Assembly (NCBI GenBank): GCA_036495685.1 | Contig: DASXMJ010000023.1 | Span: 11,422 to 75,421, forward strand | Direction of reading: 5' to 3' | From: Candidatus Binataceae bacterium | Lineage (GTDB): Bacteria; Desulfobacterota; Binatia; Binatales; Binataceae | DNA: 64,000 nt | In this document: positions 55,932 through 64,000 of the stretch, piece after piece | Position numbering within the stretch: the first letter of the stretch is position 1 | Layout: each line of letters opens with the position of its first letter | Notes under the pieces: model-generated | Told to the model about the DNA's origin: nothing | What the model saw: only the letters and a program-made list of their open reading frames with translations | Databases searched by the model: none | Made by a program: the position numbers and the translations under genes

Positions 55932-57011
55932 CTAGCGGCGAAAGTTACGTCGATAGGCGAGATAGTTGGCGCACACTTTAGCGCCCAGCTTTTCCGCGGT
56001 GCGGCGCGACGGCCAATTGTCGTCGACGACCAAGGTGTAGCTCAAGTACTTCGCCCCCCGCTGGATAAGTTTCAGATACGCGTACGACGCCATCGCCAGG
56101 TTCACTCCGCGTCCACGCGCCACTTCGCGTACGCCGATGCCGAGAAAATTGAGTTTCTCGGAATCCTCGAGAACTCGCCCGGGCTTGAGCGCCGCGTGCG
56201 CGGTTTCTTCCGGCACGACCATCAGGGTACCCACCACCTCGCTGCCGCGGCATGCGACCAGCGAGGTTTCGAGTCCGCCCAGCATGTCGAAAAAACCGAG
56301 AATCTCGGCGTATGCTTCGTTGCTCGCAGCAACGAATCCCCAATGGTTATAGAACGCCTCGTTCCATGCGGGTGCGAACTCGTTGACGCGTTTTTCCGGC
56401 GGCAAGTCTTTTAGTGGCACAAGCTCATATCCGCCACGGCGCCCCGCCTCGAGGGCGCTCTCGTAGCGCGCGATCAGTTCAGGTGTGACCTGTATCTTGT
56501 AGTCGACCAGCCCCTTTTCACTTTCAAACCCGGCGTCCTTGATCAGAGAGTGATAGTAGTCCGGGTTCTGCCTCATCAGGTTGGGCGGCAACGCGTCGTA
56601 TTCATCGACCACGAAGGGCATTTCGATCGGCAAATAGAAGCCGGCGCGTGCGGCCAGCGCGCCCTGCGCTTGCAACCATTGGCAGGCTGCGTCCATGAGT
56701 TCGCGAGTGGCGCGATACGAGCCGGGGCGGGCCTCAAACAACGCCAGGTGCCCCAGCCGGTCGTTCCAGCGCTGGTAATAATCTGGGTCTAAGAGGGCGA
56801 GCACCCGGGCCTGCATCTCCCCGCCTTCCCGCGCCACGAACGCCTTCATGGTCTTCCCGGTTGCGAACGCGCTCACGCCCAGCAAGAACGGGAGCTGCAT
56901 CTCGGTCGCGGCCGGCCACCGCGCCGTGAGTTCGGGCCGGATCACGTCCTGGAGCTTGATGAAGGCGGTGAACCCCGCTTCGGTGTCCGGCGATTCAATT
57001 CTAATGGTCAC
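55932..57011 (-). CDS. GNAT-family N-acetyltransferase domain protein (large, two-lobed)
   Basis: The C-terminal region (RGRGVNLAMASYAYLKLIQRGAKYLSYTLVVDDN) resembles the GNAT acyl-CoA binding core; the N-terminal half is unassigned. Confidence 0.5.
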   Translation of the reverse strand: MTIRIESPDTEAGFTAFIKLQDVIRPELTARWPAATEMQLPFLLGVSAFATGKTMKAFVAREGGEMQARVLALLDPDYYQRWNDRLGHLALFEARPGSYRATRELMDAACQWLQAQGALAARAGFYLPIEMPFVVDEYDALPPNLMRQNPDYYHSLIKDAGFESEKGLVDYKIQVTPELIARYESALEAGRRGGYELVPLKDLPPEKRVNEFAPAWNEAFYNHWGFVAASNEAYAEILGFFDMLGGLETSLVACRGSEVVGTLMVVPEETAHAALKPGRVLEDSEKLNFLGIGVREVARGRGVNLAMASYAYLKLIQRGAKYLSYTLVVDDNWPSRRTAEKLGAKVCANYLAYRRNFRR

Positions 57012-57155
57012 TTTTCCCGGTTCTCATCAGATCGCATGATGCCTCGCCTTGTTTCTCTGATCCACGTAAGCTATCAGCGTGCAGGCAGAACCTAGCGCCG
57101 CGCGCCGCGCAGGGTCAAATCTGCGCGGGCCCGCGAGGCTGCAGGAGTGCAAGCT

Positions 57156-57368
57156 ATGGTAGAAAAGACGATCGAGCTGACGGGAATCTCCTCCAACTCG
57201 ATTGAAGACGCGGTTCAAATTGCAATCGCACGCGCCGGGGTGACCATTTCGGGCATCCACTCGGTGCATGTCGAGGATGTCTCGGCTGCGATCGAGAACA
57301 ATCGCGTCGTACGCTGGAAGGTCAGAATCAAGGCGACCTTCCAGGTGAAAGACGAACTGCACGAATGA
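57156..57368 (+). CDS. Dodecin (flavin-binding/storage) family protein
   Basis: 70 aa with VEKTIELTGISSNSIEDAVQIAIARA...WKVRIKATFQVKD, the dodecin beta-alpha-beta-beta topology. ATG at 57156 with an AGGAG RBS. Confidence 0.7.
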   Translation: MVEKTIELTGISSNSIEDAVQIAIARAGVTISGIHSVHVEDVSAAIENNRVVRWKVRIKATFQVKDELHE

Positions 57369-57491
57369 ACCGCCCGCCCGGCGATGGGGGACATCTCCGC
57401 ATCGCGGTCGAGCGGATCGTCACGTGCTCGGCGGGAGCCGGATCGCAAGGGCGTCACGCCATGCGCAGCCGGCCACTCGGAGTCTTACGCG

Positions 57492-58490
57492 ATGGCGACC
57501 AAAATAGTTGAAGTTCATCCCGGCATCTATGAAATCTTTCTGCCGCTGCCGATGCGGCCGACAATCATCAATGTTTATCTGATTGATTGTCACGGAGCCT
57601 GGGCGCTAATCGACACCGGCATGAATTCACCGGACAGCGTCCGCACGCTCGAGGAAGCATTCGCGCAGGTCGGAATCAGGATCGAAGATCTCGACATCCT
57701 CATCGGCACCCACCACCACATCGATCATTTTGGCGCCTCCGGCGCGATACGCCAACGCAGCCACGCACAGACCTACCTGCACCCGCTCGAAACCGAGCGC
57801 GCCGGCCGCATGCTGATGTTTGGCAAGGTGAGTCATGCCGATCGTCCCGAGTCGCGGGCATTTTTTCAGCTGCACGGATTTCCGATCGACGACTTTTCCC
57901 CGGCCGGAATGCGCCCCGCCTGGATGGGCACCGACCTGTACAGTCCGGTGACCGAACCTGACCATCTGACCAAAGACGGAGATATCTTGAAGGTTGGTGA
58001 CCGGACTTTGGAATTTATTTGGACGCCCGGACATTCTCCCGGTCATAACGTAATATACTTGCGCAAAGAGAAAGTGATGATTGTGGGCGACCATCTGTTG
58101 CCAAAGATCACCCCGCACGTGGGACTTTATCCGGACAGTCCCGATGGTAATCCACTGGGAGATTTCATTAACTCGCAATTGAAGGTTCAGCGTTTCGAGG
58201 TACAGTCGGTGCTTCCCGCCCATGGAGGCGTCTACAGCGATCACCGCCACCGCGCCAACCAGATTATCGAACACCATCGGTACCGCGAAGCCGAGATGCT
58301 GGATCTGATCAAACAGCGGCCGAAAACGGCATTCGAGGTCGCACAGACTGTGTTTGGCGGCGAAGAACGCCCGATATTTCACGTGATGGCGGCTACTTTC
58401 GAGACCCTCGCGCATTTGCAACTTGCATGCATCGAAGGCCGGGCCCGCAAAATGGAGCAGAATAACAGGATGGTTTTCCAAACCTTGTGA
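57492..58490 (+). CDS. MBL-fold metallo-hydrolase
   Basis: THHHIDHFG (HxHxDH) metal site. Start set at MATKIV. Confidence 0.8.
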   Translation: MATKIVEVHPGIYEIFLPLPMRPTIINVYLIDCHGAWALIDTGMNSPDSVRTLEEAFAQVGIRIEDLDILIGTHHHIDHFGASGAIRQRSHAQTYLHPLETERAGRMLMFGKVSHADRPESRAFFQLHGFPIDDFSPAGMRPAWMGTDLYSPVTEPDHLTKDGDILKVGDRTLEFIWTPGHSPGHNVIYLRKEKVMIVGDHLLPKITPHVGLYPDSPDGNPLGDFINSQLKVQRFEVQSVLPAHGGVYSDHRHRANQIIEHHRYREAEMLDLIKQRPKTAFEVAQTVFGGEERPIFHVMAATFETLAHLQLACIEGRARKMEQNNRMVFQTL

Positions 58491-58615
58491 TTGTGTTACG
58501 GGGGGTTTGCTAAATCCTTTAATCGGTGTATTTTGACGCTGCTTTGACTTGGGTGGGGTGGATTGCCCGTTGTGGGCCTTGTTCGGGGGAGGCCCCCAGA
58601 GTGAAGGAGGATGCC

Positions 58616-59005
58616 ATGAGACGGACCATTAAGTTGTTGCTGTTCTCAGCGGGGCTGGCTTTCCTGGTCGCCGGCTGCGCTAATCAGAGCGGTGGCGGTA
58701 CAGGGGCCAGCGCTCCAGCGGGAGGCCAGGCAGCTCAGGGAGGCACGGCCGCAGCCAGCGCCGGCGACGCGAGCATGCGAGACTTCAATCTTCGCGTGAA
58801 ATGCCCTGGCGTTCACGAATTGAAGCAGCACGGATGGTCTGATCAGCAGATCGTTCAGCAGCTCTCGGTCTCTCAGGACGACATCCCTGCTTGCGAATCG
58901 TGGGTCCAGTCACAGCCGAAAGGGTACATTCCTCCACCACCTCCCGGCACCGCTGCCGCAGGAGCTCCCAAAGCAGTTCCAACAACCCCAGCGGCCAAGC
59001 AATAA
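58616..59005 (+). CDS. Lipoprotein, unknown function
   Basis: RBS AAGGAGG. Signal peptide MRRTIKLLLFSAGLAFLVAGC (lipobox) followed by Gly/Ala-rich low complexity. Confidence 0.6.
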   Translation: MRRTIKLLLFSAGLAFLVAGCANQSGGGTGASAPAGGQAAQGGTAAASAGDASMRDFNLRVKCPGVHELKQHGWSDQQIVQQLSVSQDDIPACESWVQSQPKGYIPPPPPGTAAAGAPKAVPTTPAAKQ

Positions 59006-59081
59006 CGGCTTTGGCTTAACCGCGAGCGCATGATCGGTAGATCTACCGTCGCACGCGTCGCGATTGGTTAGTCAATAAAAC

Positions 59082-59114
59082 AAGCGGCACGGCGTCTCGG
59101 GCGCCGTGCCGCTT
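59082..59114. terminator. Bidirectional intrinsic terminator hairpin between convergent genes
   Basis: AAGCGGCACGGCG-TCTCGGG-CGCCGTGCCGCTT is a 13-bp GC-rich stem, followed by TACTTTT on the plus strand and by TTGTTTTA on the minus strand. Confidence 0.7.
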
Positions 59115-59151
59115 TACTTTTAGCCGGACCGTCGGTGCTTACGACGGAGCT

Positions 59152-59583
59152 TTAGGCGCGAGCTGCGCGCTTGTTTTCGCGCCGCGAGGGAGCACTGATA
59201 CGCCCGCTGCGCACTACCGGGGAGCGACGCGCCAAGCGTCGGGTCGAAATCCCCGCAAGCTGCTGACTGCGCCAGTCCTTGAGTCCGCGGCGCAAAAACT
59301 GCGGCTCGATTCCCAGCGTCTCGCACACGGTCTCGAACGAAAAGGGACCTTCGCCCCCTTCACCGCAAAGCCAAGTCTCCGCTTCTTGGAAGAGACGCTT
59401 GCGTGACCCACCCGTGGCATCGGCGTTGTTCTGAAAGCAGCGTAGAGCGTCCTCCAGAATAGCCATCATTAGCTTTTTTACGGGCCGAATTCTGCTGTCA
59501 TCTCGACGACTGTCGTAGAATTGTTCAGGCGTCAAGACGTCCGGAACAAAAAGCGATCCCAAAGAGCTGTTTTCCCATTCCAT
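59152..59583 (-). CDS. Hypothetical protein (no family recognised)
   Basis: 143 aa from the MEWENSSLG ATG, ending in an Arg-rich C-terminal tail. It is preceded by a 300-nt partly AT-rich region. Confidence 0.45.
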   Translation of the reverse strand: MEWENSSLGSLFVPDVLTPEQFYDSRRDDSRIRPVKKLMMAILEDALRCFQNNADATGGSRKRLFQEAETWLCGEGGEGPFSFETVCETLGIEPQFLRRGLKDWRSQQLAGISTRRLARRSPVVRSGRISAPSRRENKRAARA

Positions 59584-59911
59584 GATACTGATCCTGTCCC
59601 TCAACCACCACGTTTTGTATTTAGATTACAACAAACATACGCGGTACGAGGCTCTTATTTCTGCTATTTTTCACCTTTTTCCTGCAAAAACCGTGCCCGA
59701 GGCTTCCTAATTCTGGAGCCGGACAAATCAGCGTAGAGCTTATGGATTAGCGGGGCTACTTGTTGGTGGGATGAGCTCTGCTGCCGCGTTTTGCGAATCG
59801 ATCCGCATTTCGCAAACCGCCAGTACGGCCGGGGCGGTAACCCAAAAGGGGCGGAAACCGCCTCTACGCTCAATCGAAAAGCCAGCCCGGTCTCAGCTTC
59901 GCTGCGCTTCT

Positions 59912-60583
59912 CTACTGCACATTATCGGGGCCGCCGCCGGTGCCGGACGGTCCAAGCTTGCGCTCTTCGAGCTTGAAGCTCAGGACATCAATAAGACAAT
60001 CGGCACGGTCGCCAAAGGCCTCCAGTATGGTTTGCTTTTCCAGCGGTGTCACGTCGAGATGAAAGGACAGAAAATTGATCAACTCGGCTCCGCGAAACCC
60101 GCGCTCCTCGACCAGTGCCCGCCATGCCTCCTGCGCGGGGGCACCAAAATAACTGAACAGCACTTCGCGCAGGCCCTCCAGGGTTTCCGAGTCGCAATCC
60201 AGGGCCTCGCGCGCAACCGGACACCATTCGACTTCCGCCTGGCGGTAGGAGCGCTCGCGGATCTCGTGCATGACGCGAAACTCGGAGATTCCCTGCAGAA
60301 CGAGGTTAAAGCGCCCATCCGGAACCTGGACCAACTCTTCTATTCTGCCCGCACACCCGACTTCGAAAATATCCGGATACGCATGGTAGCTCTCTTGCGT
60401 AACATAGTCCTGCTGCCACTCGCCCTTGAGCAGGATCATCCCAATTAATCCATCGCCGGCCGAAGCATCCGCGACCATCTCCTTGTAGCGAGGCTCAAAG
60501 ATGTGCAGCGGAACCTTGATTCCCGGAAACAGTACCAGGTTCGGCAGCGGAAAGAGCGGAATAATTCTCGGGAAGTCAGACAC
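59912..60583 (-). CDS. Lon N-terminal (LON substrate-binding/PUA-like) domain protein, standalone
   Basis: IPLFPLPNLVLFPGIKVPLHIFEPRYKEMV is the classic Lon-N start. There is no AAA+ or protease domain in the 223 aa. Confidence 0.75.
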   Translation of the reverse strand: MSDFPRIIPLFPLPNLVLFPGIKVPLHIFEPRYKEMVADASAGDGLIGMILLKGEWQQDYVTQESYHAYPDIFEVGCAGRIEELVQVPDGRFNLVLQGISEFRVMHEIRERSYRQAEVEWCPVAREALDCDSETLEGLREVLFSYFGAPAQEAWRALVEERGFRGAELINFLSFHLDVTPLEKQTILEAFGDRADCLIDVLSFKLEERKLGPSGTGGGPDNVQ

Positions 60584-60645
60584 GATCTGCCAGTTGGAGA
60601 TTAAAACCGGAGCGCCCGACCCGTCAAGGTGAACGTCTTTCCTGC

Positions 60646-62094
60646 TTGCGCGATAGCGTCTGCTCGCCGCCTCCGGGATCCATCGATTGCAGTGTTATAA
60701 GTATTGGGAGGCTGACCGCAAATCAGGACTTTACCCCAATGGGTGCGCGCTCGGGCAACAACTATCTTTCTGCACTAAAGAAGCTTGGTGCCGAAATCTG
60801 GCTCGGCAATGAACGCATCCGCGATGTGACATCCCATCCTGCATTTGCCAGTCGCGCACGGGCCACCGCCTCGATCTATGACATGCAGATCGAAAACCCC
60901 GAGGCCATGACCTTCCGCACCGAGGACGGGGGTCGCGCCGGCCTCTCATTCATTCAGCCGCGAAGCGCCGAGGAGCTCCGCAAGCGCGGCAAGATGATCA
61001 AGACCTGGGCCGATTACACGTGTGGCTTCCCGGCGGACACGCCCGATCTGGTGAACGTGAGCCTTGCCGCCATGGACGCGGCCCAGCAGTTTTTCGGCGC
61101 AAGCGATTCGCGGCACGGCGACAACGTCCAGAGGTACTACCGGGAGGCACGCAATCATGACTGGCGCGCTACCGAGGCCTTGCCGGATCCAGGCCGGAGC
61201 GAGACTGGCGTCGGTGGAGCGACCGCCGCGGAGCCGCTTAAGACCGTCGGGCGCAATGACGCGGGACTGGTAGTCAGCGGGAGCCGCAGGCTTCCGACTA
61301 GTGCCCCGCTCTGCGAGGAGCTTCTGGTTCTTCCGTCGATTACGCTCGAGACCGGACCGGCCGCTGAGCCGCTGGCCAACGAGTTCGCGATTCCCTGCAA
61401 TACCAGGGGACTCCGGATCGTCTGTCGCGGGATTTATAACCCGGAGCGCCCCCTTTCTGACCATCCGCTCCGACCACGTTTCGACCAGTTGGAATGCATT
61501 GCCGTGTTCGACAGGGTGGTCGTTCCGTGGGAACGCGTGTTTCTGGCCGGCGATGTCGCTCGCTGCAATGCCGAGCAGTCGTCGACAAACTCGGCCATTC
61601 ACCGCGCGCATCTTGTGGCGGTCCACAACCTGGCCACCGCCGAGTTTCTGCTCGGGCTCGCAGCGGGCATCGCACACGATGCGGCTCGGACGTCGTCGCC
61701 GGGTGTCCGCGAGCGGCTGGCGCAAATGATTGTAATCACCGAATCCTTGCGGGCGCACTTGCACGATGCGCAAGCGGATGCCGCCGCGGATCGGTGGGGC
61801 GTGTTCGTTCCTGCACGCGGAGCTCTCGGGGCCGTGATGGGCGGTTCGCTTTCGGGTTTGTACCGGCGACTGGCCGAGATAGCTGGGCTCTGCGAAGAGC
61901 CACCAGCCCATCCGGATCAGCCGGTGACCATGCATGAGCTGGTACAGATGCTGGCGCGTAATTTCTCTGGCGGTCCTCATTTAGCAAGCCAAGCCTCCGC
62001 GCTCGACGATTCGGCGGGCACGGCAAGCTTGGAAGACACCGACTTGAAGCCGTTGATTGACCGCACCGCGGCATTCCTCTCCCGGGCGGACTGA
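60646..62094 (+). CDS. HpaB-family (4-hydroxyphenylacetate 3-monooxygenase oxygenase component-like) flavin-dependent monooxygenase
   Basis: NNYLSALKKLGAEIWLGNERIRDVTSHPAF and PRFDQLECIAVFDRVVVPWERVF match the HpaB N-terminal and central motifs. The start is uncertain (TTG at 60646 or ATG at 60739). Confidence 0.65.
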   Translation: MRDSVCSPPPGSIDCSVISIGRLTANQDFTPMGARSGNNYLSALKKLGAEIWLGNERIRDVTSHPAFASRARATASIYDMQIENPEAMTFRTEDGGRAGLSFIQPRSAEELRKRGKMIKTWADYTCGFPADTPDLVNVSLAAMDAAQQFFGASDSRHGDNVQRYYREARNHDWRATEALPDPGRSETGVGGATAAEPLKTVGRNDAGLVVSGSRRLPTSAPLCEELLVLPSITLETGPAAEPLANEFAIPCNTRGLRIVCRGIYNPERPLSDHPLRPRFDQLECIAVFDRVVVPWERVFLAGDVARCNAEQSSTNSAIHRAHLVAVHNLATAEFLLGLAAGIAHDAARTSSPGVRERLAQMIVITESLRAHLHDAQADAAADRWGVFVPARGALGAVMGGSLSGLYRRLAEIAGLCEEPPAHPDQPVTMHELVQMLARNFSGGPHLASQASALDDSAGTASLEDTDLKPLIDRTAAFLSRAD

Positions 62095-62207
62095 CAACCT
62101 GATGTCCACTTCGAGAATTCGCATGGACACAATCGCACAATCTCTGCGCCCGTATGAGCGTAGCGTCTTGCGGCAATCGAGCGGGTCCGTAATCGTGGAG
62201 TGGCACG

Positions 62208-62852
62208 ATGGCGCGACTTCGAAAAGCAGCAAAGATCTGGCGCCAGCCCCAGTCGCGCGCTGCCGCCGGCTGCGCCGAGGTCGAGGCCGCAGACGGTCTC
62301 TTTGCGATAAATCCGGCGGCGATTTTCGGCAGCTCCGCGCCGCTGGAGATCGAACTGGGAGCCGGTACTGGCGATTTCATCGTCGCGCGCGCGGCCGAAT
62401 TTCCTGAGCGCAATTTCCTTGCGATCGAGTCGTCGGGGGTTGTCTCGCGGATGCTGGCGGTGCGCTGCGGCCGTGCGGCGCTGCGCAATCTGCGGGTGCT
62501 CAGGATGGATGGGCGCACGCTGGTAAACCTGATGATCGGATCCGAGAGCGTGAGCTCCTATCACATCTACTTTCCTGACCCCTGGCCAAAAGAGCGCCAC
62601 CACAAACGTCGGCTCTTCACCCCGTATCTGGTCGCCAATCTGGAACGTACCCTCGCCCCGGGCGGAGCGCTGTATGCCGCGACCGATGTCGGCGAGTATG
62701 CCGGCGAGATCTTCGCGATGCTCGACGCGACCGCGCTGGTCTGCTCGGCCGAGGAAGTTCCCGGCTGCGTTAAAACTGCATTCGGCCGAAAGTTTGCTGC
62801 CAGCGGAAAAGCTATCCACGCGCGCGCGTATCGAAAATCGCTATGCCTGTGA
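62208..62852 (+). CDS. trmB: tRNA (guanine46-N7)-methyltransferase
   Basis: LEIELGAGTGDF...FLAIE...HIYFPDPWPKERHHKRRL are TrmB signatures. Confidence 0.85.
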   Translation: MARLRKAAKIWRQPQSRAAAGCAEVEAADGLFAINPAAIFGSSAPLEIELGAGTGDFIVARAAEFPERNFLAIESSGVVSRMLAVRCGRAALRNLRVLRMDGRTLVNLMIGSESVSSYHIYFPDPWPKERHHKRRLFTPYLVANLERTLAPGGALYAATDVGEYAGEIFAMLDATALVCSAEEVPGCVKTAFGRKFAASGKAIHARAYRKSLCL

Positions 62853-62982
62853 ACCGTGCCGCTTTAAAAAAGCGCCGGGGCATAAGCTTCTACTGAATCG
62901 GCAGGCCTCCAATCCCTGTTACCTTTCCTCTCGACCTGATTTGCATTGACTGTTGGGCTTGTTTAACCTGAACCCTCAGTTC

Positions 62983-64000
62983 ATGCGCAGATTGTTCGCG
63001 ATATTTGTGGCCTTCTGTCTTCTGTTAGTCGCCGGTTGCGCCATCAAAAAGGCCCCCACCGGTGAGGACTACTACCAGCAGGCCCAGGCCAATTTCGCCC
63101 ATCATGAGTACAACGCCGCCATCGAAAACTATCAGCTGGTAATCGACAAATACCCTTTCAGCCCGTACGCCGAAGACGCGGAGCTGAAGATCGGGCTGGC
63201 GTACTACGAGATGAAGGATTACGCGGAGGCGATCGGATCGCTGGATGATTTTCAGCGCATGCACCCGACCAGCAAGAACCTCGAACTCGTCAGCTACTAC
63301 ATCGCGATGAGTTACTACACCCAGATCGGCCGCGAAGACCAGGATCAGACCAAGACCGAGCAGGCGCTGAAGCATTTCGAGATTATCGAGCAGCGGTTCC
63401 CCGAAGGATCGTTCGCGGAACTTGCGCGCCAGAACGCGAACGTCTGCCGCGAGATGCTCGCGCGTCACGAAATGGTGGTTGGCAGCTACTATTTCAAGCG
63501 CGCGAACTTCCGCGCCGCCGAATCGCGGCTCGCCGAGCTGATGCAGAAATATCCCGACACCCCGATCGCACCGGATGCGCTGTTTGAACTCGGCCAAGCG
63601 CTGGAAAAAGAGGGCAAGAAGTACTCGGCGGCACAAGCATTTTCCGCGCTCGAACGCCACTATCCCGAGACCCCCTATTCGGCCAAAGCCAAGGCGGACT
63701 TGAAGAAGCTCAACCAGCCAATCGACACCGAGGAAGATCCCCTGCCGCTAGTGCTGGCCGAGACTGGGTATGGCGGCCAGCAGACCGACCAAGAGCACGT
63801 GGTCGTTCGCCAGCGCGATGCGACCCTCGACGAAAGCGCGGCCGCTGCTCCACCCTCGACGCCGGGCACCCCCGCACAACCTTCGAACAATCAGTTAGCT
63901 GCGCTCAGTCATCGATCGGCCTCGGCCTACGGGCCTGACGGGCTGCCGATTCTCGATCGGCCTGATAGCCAGGCACCAACGCACGCGGCGGGACCCGCCA
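62983..64000 (+). CDS. bamD: Outer membrane assembly lipoprotein BamD/YfiO-like (TPR), 3' end beyond window
   Basis: Not in ORF track (no stop before the window end). Translation: MRRLFAIFVAFCLLLVAGCAIKK...YYQQAQANFAHHEYNAAIENYQLVIDKYPFSPYAEDAELKIGLAYYEMKDY... has a lipobox and BamD-like TPR repeats. The minus-strand ORFs 63025-63660 and 63675-63890 are antisense artefacts. Confidence 0.75.
   Translation, partial: MRRLFAIFVAFCLLLVAGCAIKKAPTGEDYYQQAQANFAHHEYNAAIENYQLVIDKYPFSPYAEDAELKIGLAYYEMKDYAEAIGSLDDFQRMHPTSKNLELVSYYIAMSYYTQIGREDQDQTKTEQALKHFEIIEQRFPEGSFAELARQNANVCREMLARHEMVVGSYYFKRANFRAAESRLAELMQKYPDTPIAPDALFELGQALEKEGKKYSAAQAFSALERHYPETPYSAKAKADLKKLNQPIDTEEDPLPLVLAETGYGGQQTDQEHVVVRQRDATLDESAAAAPPSTPGTPAQPSNNQLAALSHRSASAYGPDGLPILDRPDSQAPTHAAGPA

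Noticed and set aside
59771-60448. 225-aa plus-strand ORF
   Set aside because: Antisense of the Lon-N domain gene, which has the canonical IPLFPLPN...FEPRY motif.
63025-63890. Minus-strand ORFs 63025-63660 and 63675-63890
   Set aside because: Antisense to the BamD-like lipoprotein gene, whose plus-strand frame shows a lipobox and TPR repeats.
1-64000. Looked for CRISPR repeats, IS elements/transposases, integrases, phage genes, toxin-antitoxin pairs, reverse transcriptases
   Set aside because: No direct-repeat arrays, no inverted-repeat-flanked transposase ORFs and no recombinase or RT motifs were seen. The window looks like stable core chromosome, with a few accessory enzymes.

Overview
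This is a high-GC (~63-65%) bacterial chromosomal segment that is densely coding and mostly housekeeping. Many ORF-track entries are Arg/Pro-rich antisense or N-terminally over-extended artefacts typical of high-GC DNA, so I re-derived starts where a conserved N-terminus or signal peptide allowed. Coordinate blocks and strands are given in the feature list; the map in order is:

- **Purine block (minus):** purL (runs off the 5' edge of the window and is therefore absent from the ORF track; I recovered it by translating the reverse strand), purQ, purS, purC, purB, dut, an M16 zinc peptidase, pnp and rpsO, with the classical pnp leader hairpin.
- **Plus-strand block:** a zinc-ribbon/bPH membrane protein, rnhB, a complete pyruvate dehydrogenase operon (E1alpha, E1beta, E2, E3) followed by lipB and lipA.
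- **Mla block (minus):** an Mla lipid-transport operon ordered mlaE-F-D-C-A, with a CofC-like guanylyltransferase gene immediately upstream.
- **Accessory stretch:** a TPR lipoprotein, a dienelactone hydrolase, a DnaQ-exonuclease/GIY-YIG/UVR (Cho-like) fusion, a TetR/alpha-beta-hydrolase divergent pair with a perfect operator palindrome, and a long-form SufT.
- **Ribosomal/proline block (plus):** rplU-rpmA, interrupted by an F420-dependent LLM oxidoreductase, then obg, proB, proA, nadD, rsfS, a DUF72 protein and a DOPA-dioxygenase-like protein.
- **Beta-oxidation-like cluster (minus):** two acyl-CoA dehydrogenases, two crotonases and an acyl-CoA synthetase, ending in a 39-aa desulforedoxin-like mini-protein, a ferritin-like diiron protein and glsB.
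- **Second desulforedoxin copy:** a 47-aa paralog translationally coupled to an Amidohydro_3 hydrolase, just downstream of ygfZ on the minus strand.
- **Distal third:** efp, a THUMP methyltransferase, a TolB-like propeller plus SplB-like radical SAM operon, an orphan Rieske protein, a GNAT protein, a dodecin, an MBL hydrolase, a standalone Lon-N domain protein, an HpaB-family monooxygenase, trmB and the start of bamD (runs off the 3' edge).

No rRNA or tRNA genes, CRISPR arrays, transposases, integrases or phage genes were found.

The most unusual content is the pair of paralogous desulforedoxin-like (C-x2-C-G...C-C) mini-genes. Both are below the ORF-track size cutoff, and each is translationally coupled to a different downstream enzyme. 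The Dx1 plus ferritin-like pair amounts to a split rubrerythrin-like module. The F420 signals (CofC-like gene fused onto the Mla operon; LLM oxidoreductase inside the rplU-rpmA-obg cluster) and several unusually long non-coding gaps also deserve follow-up.
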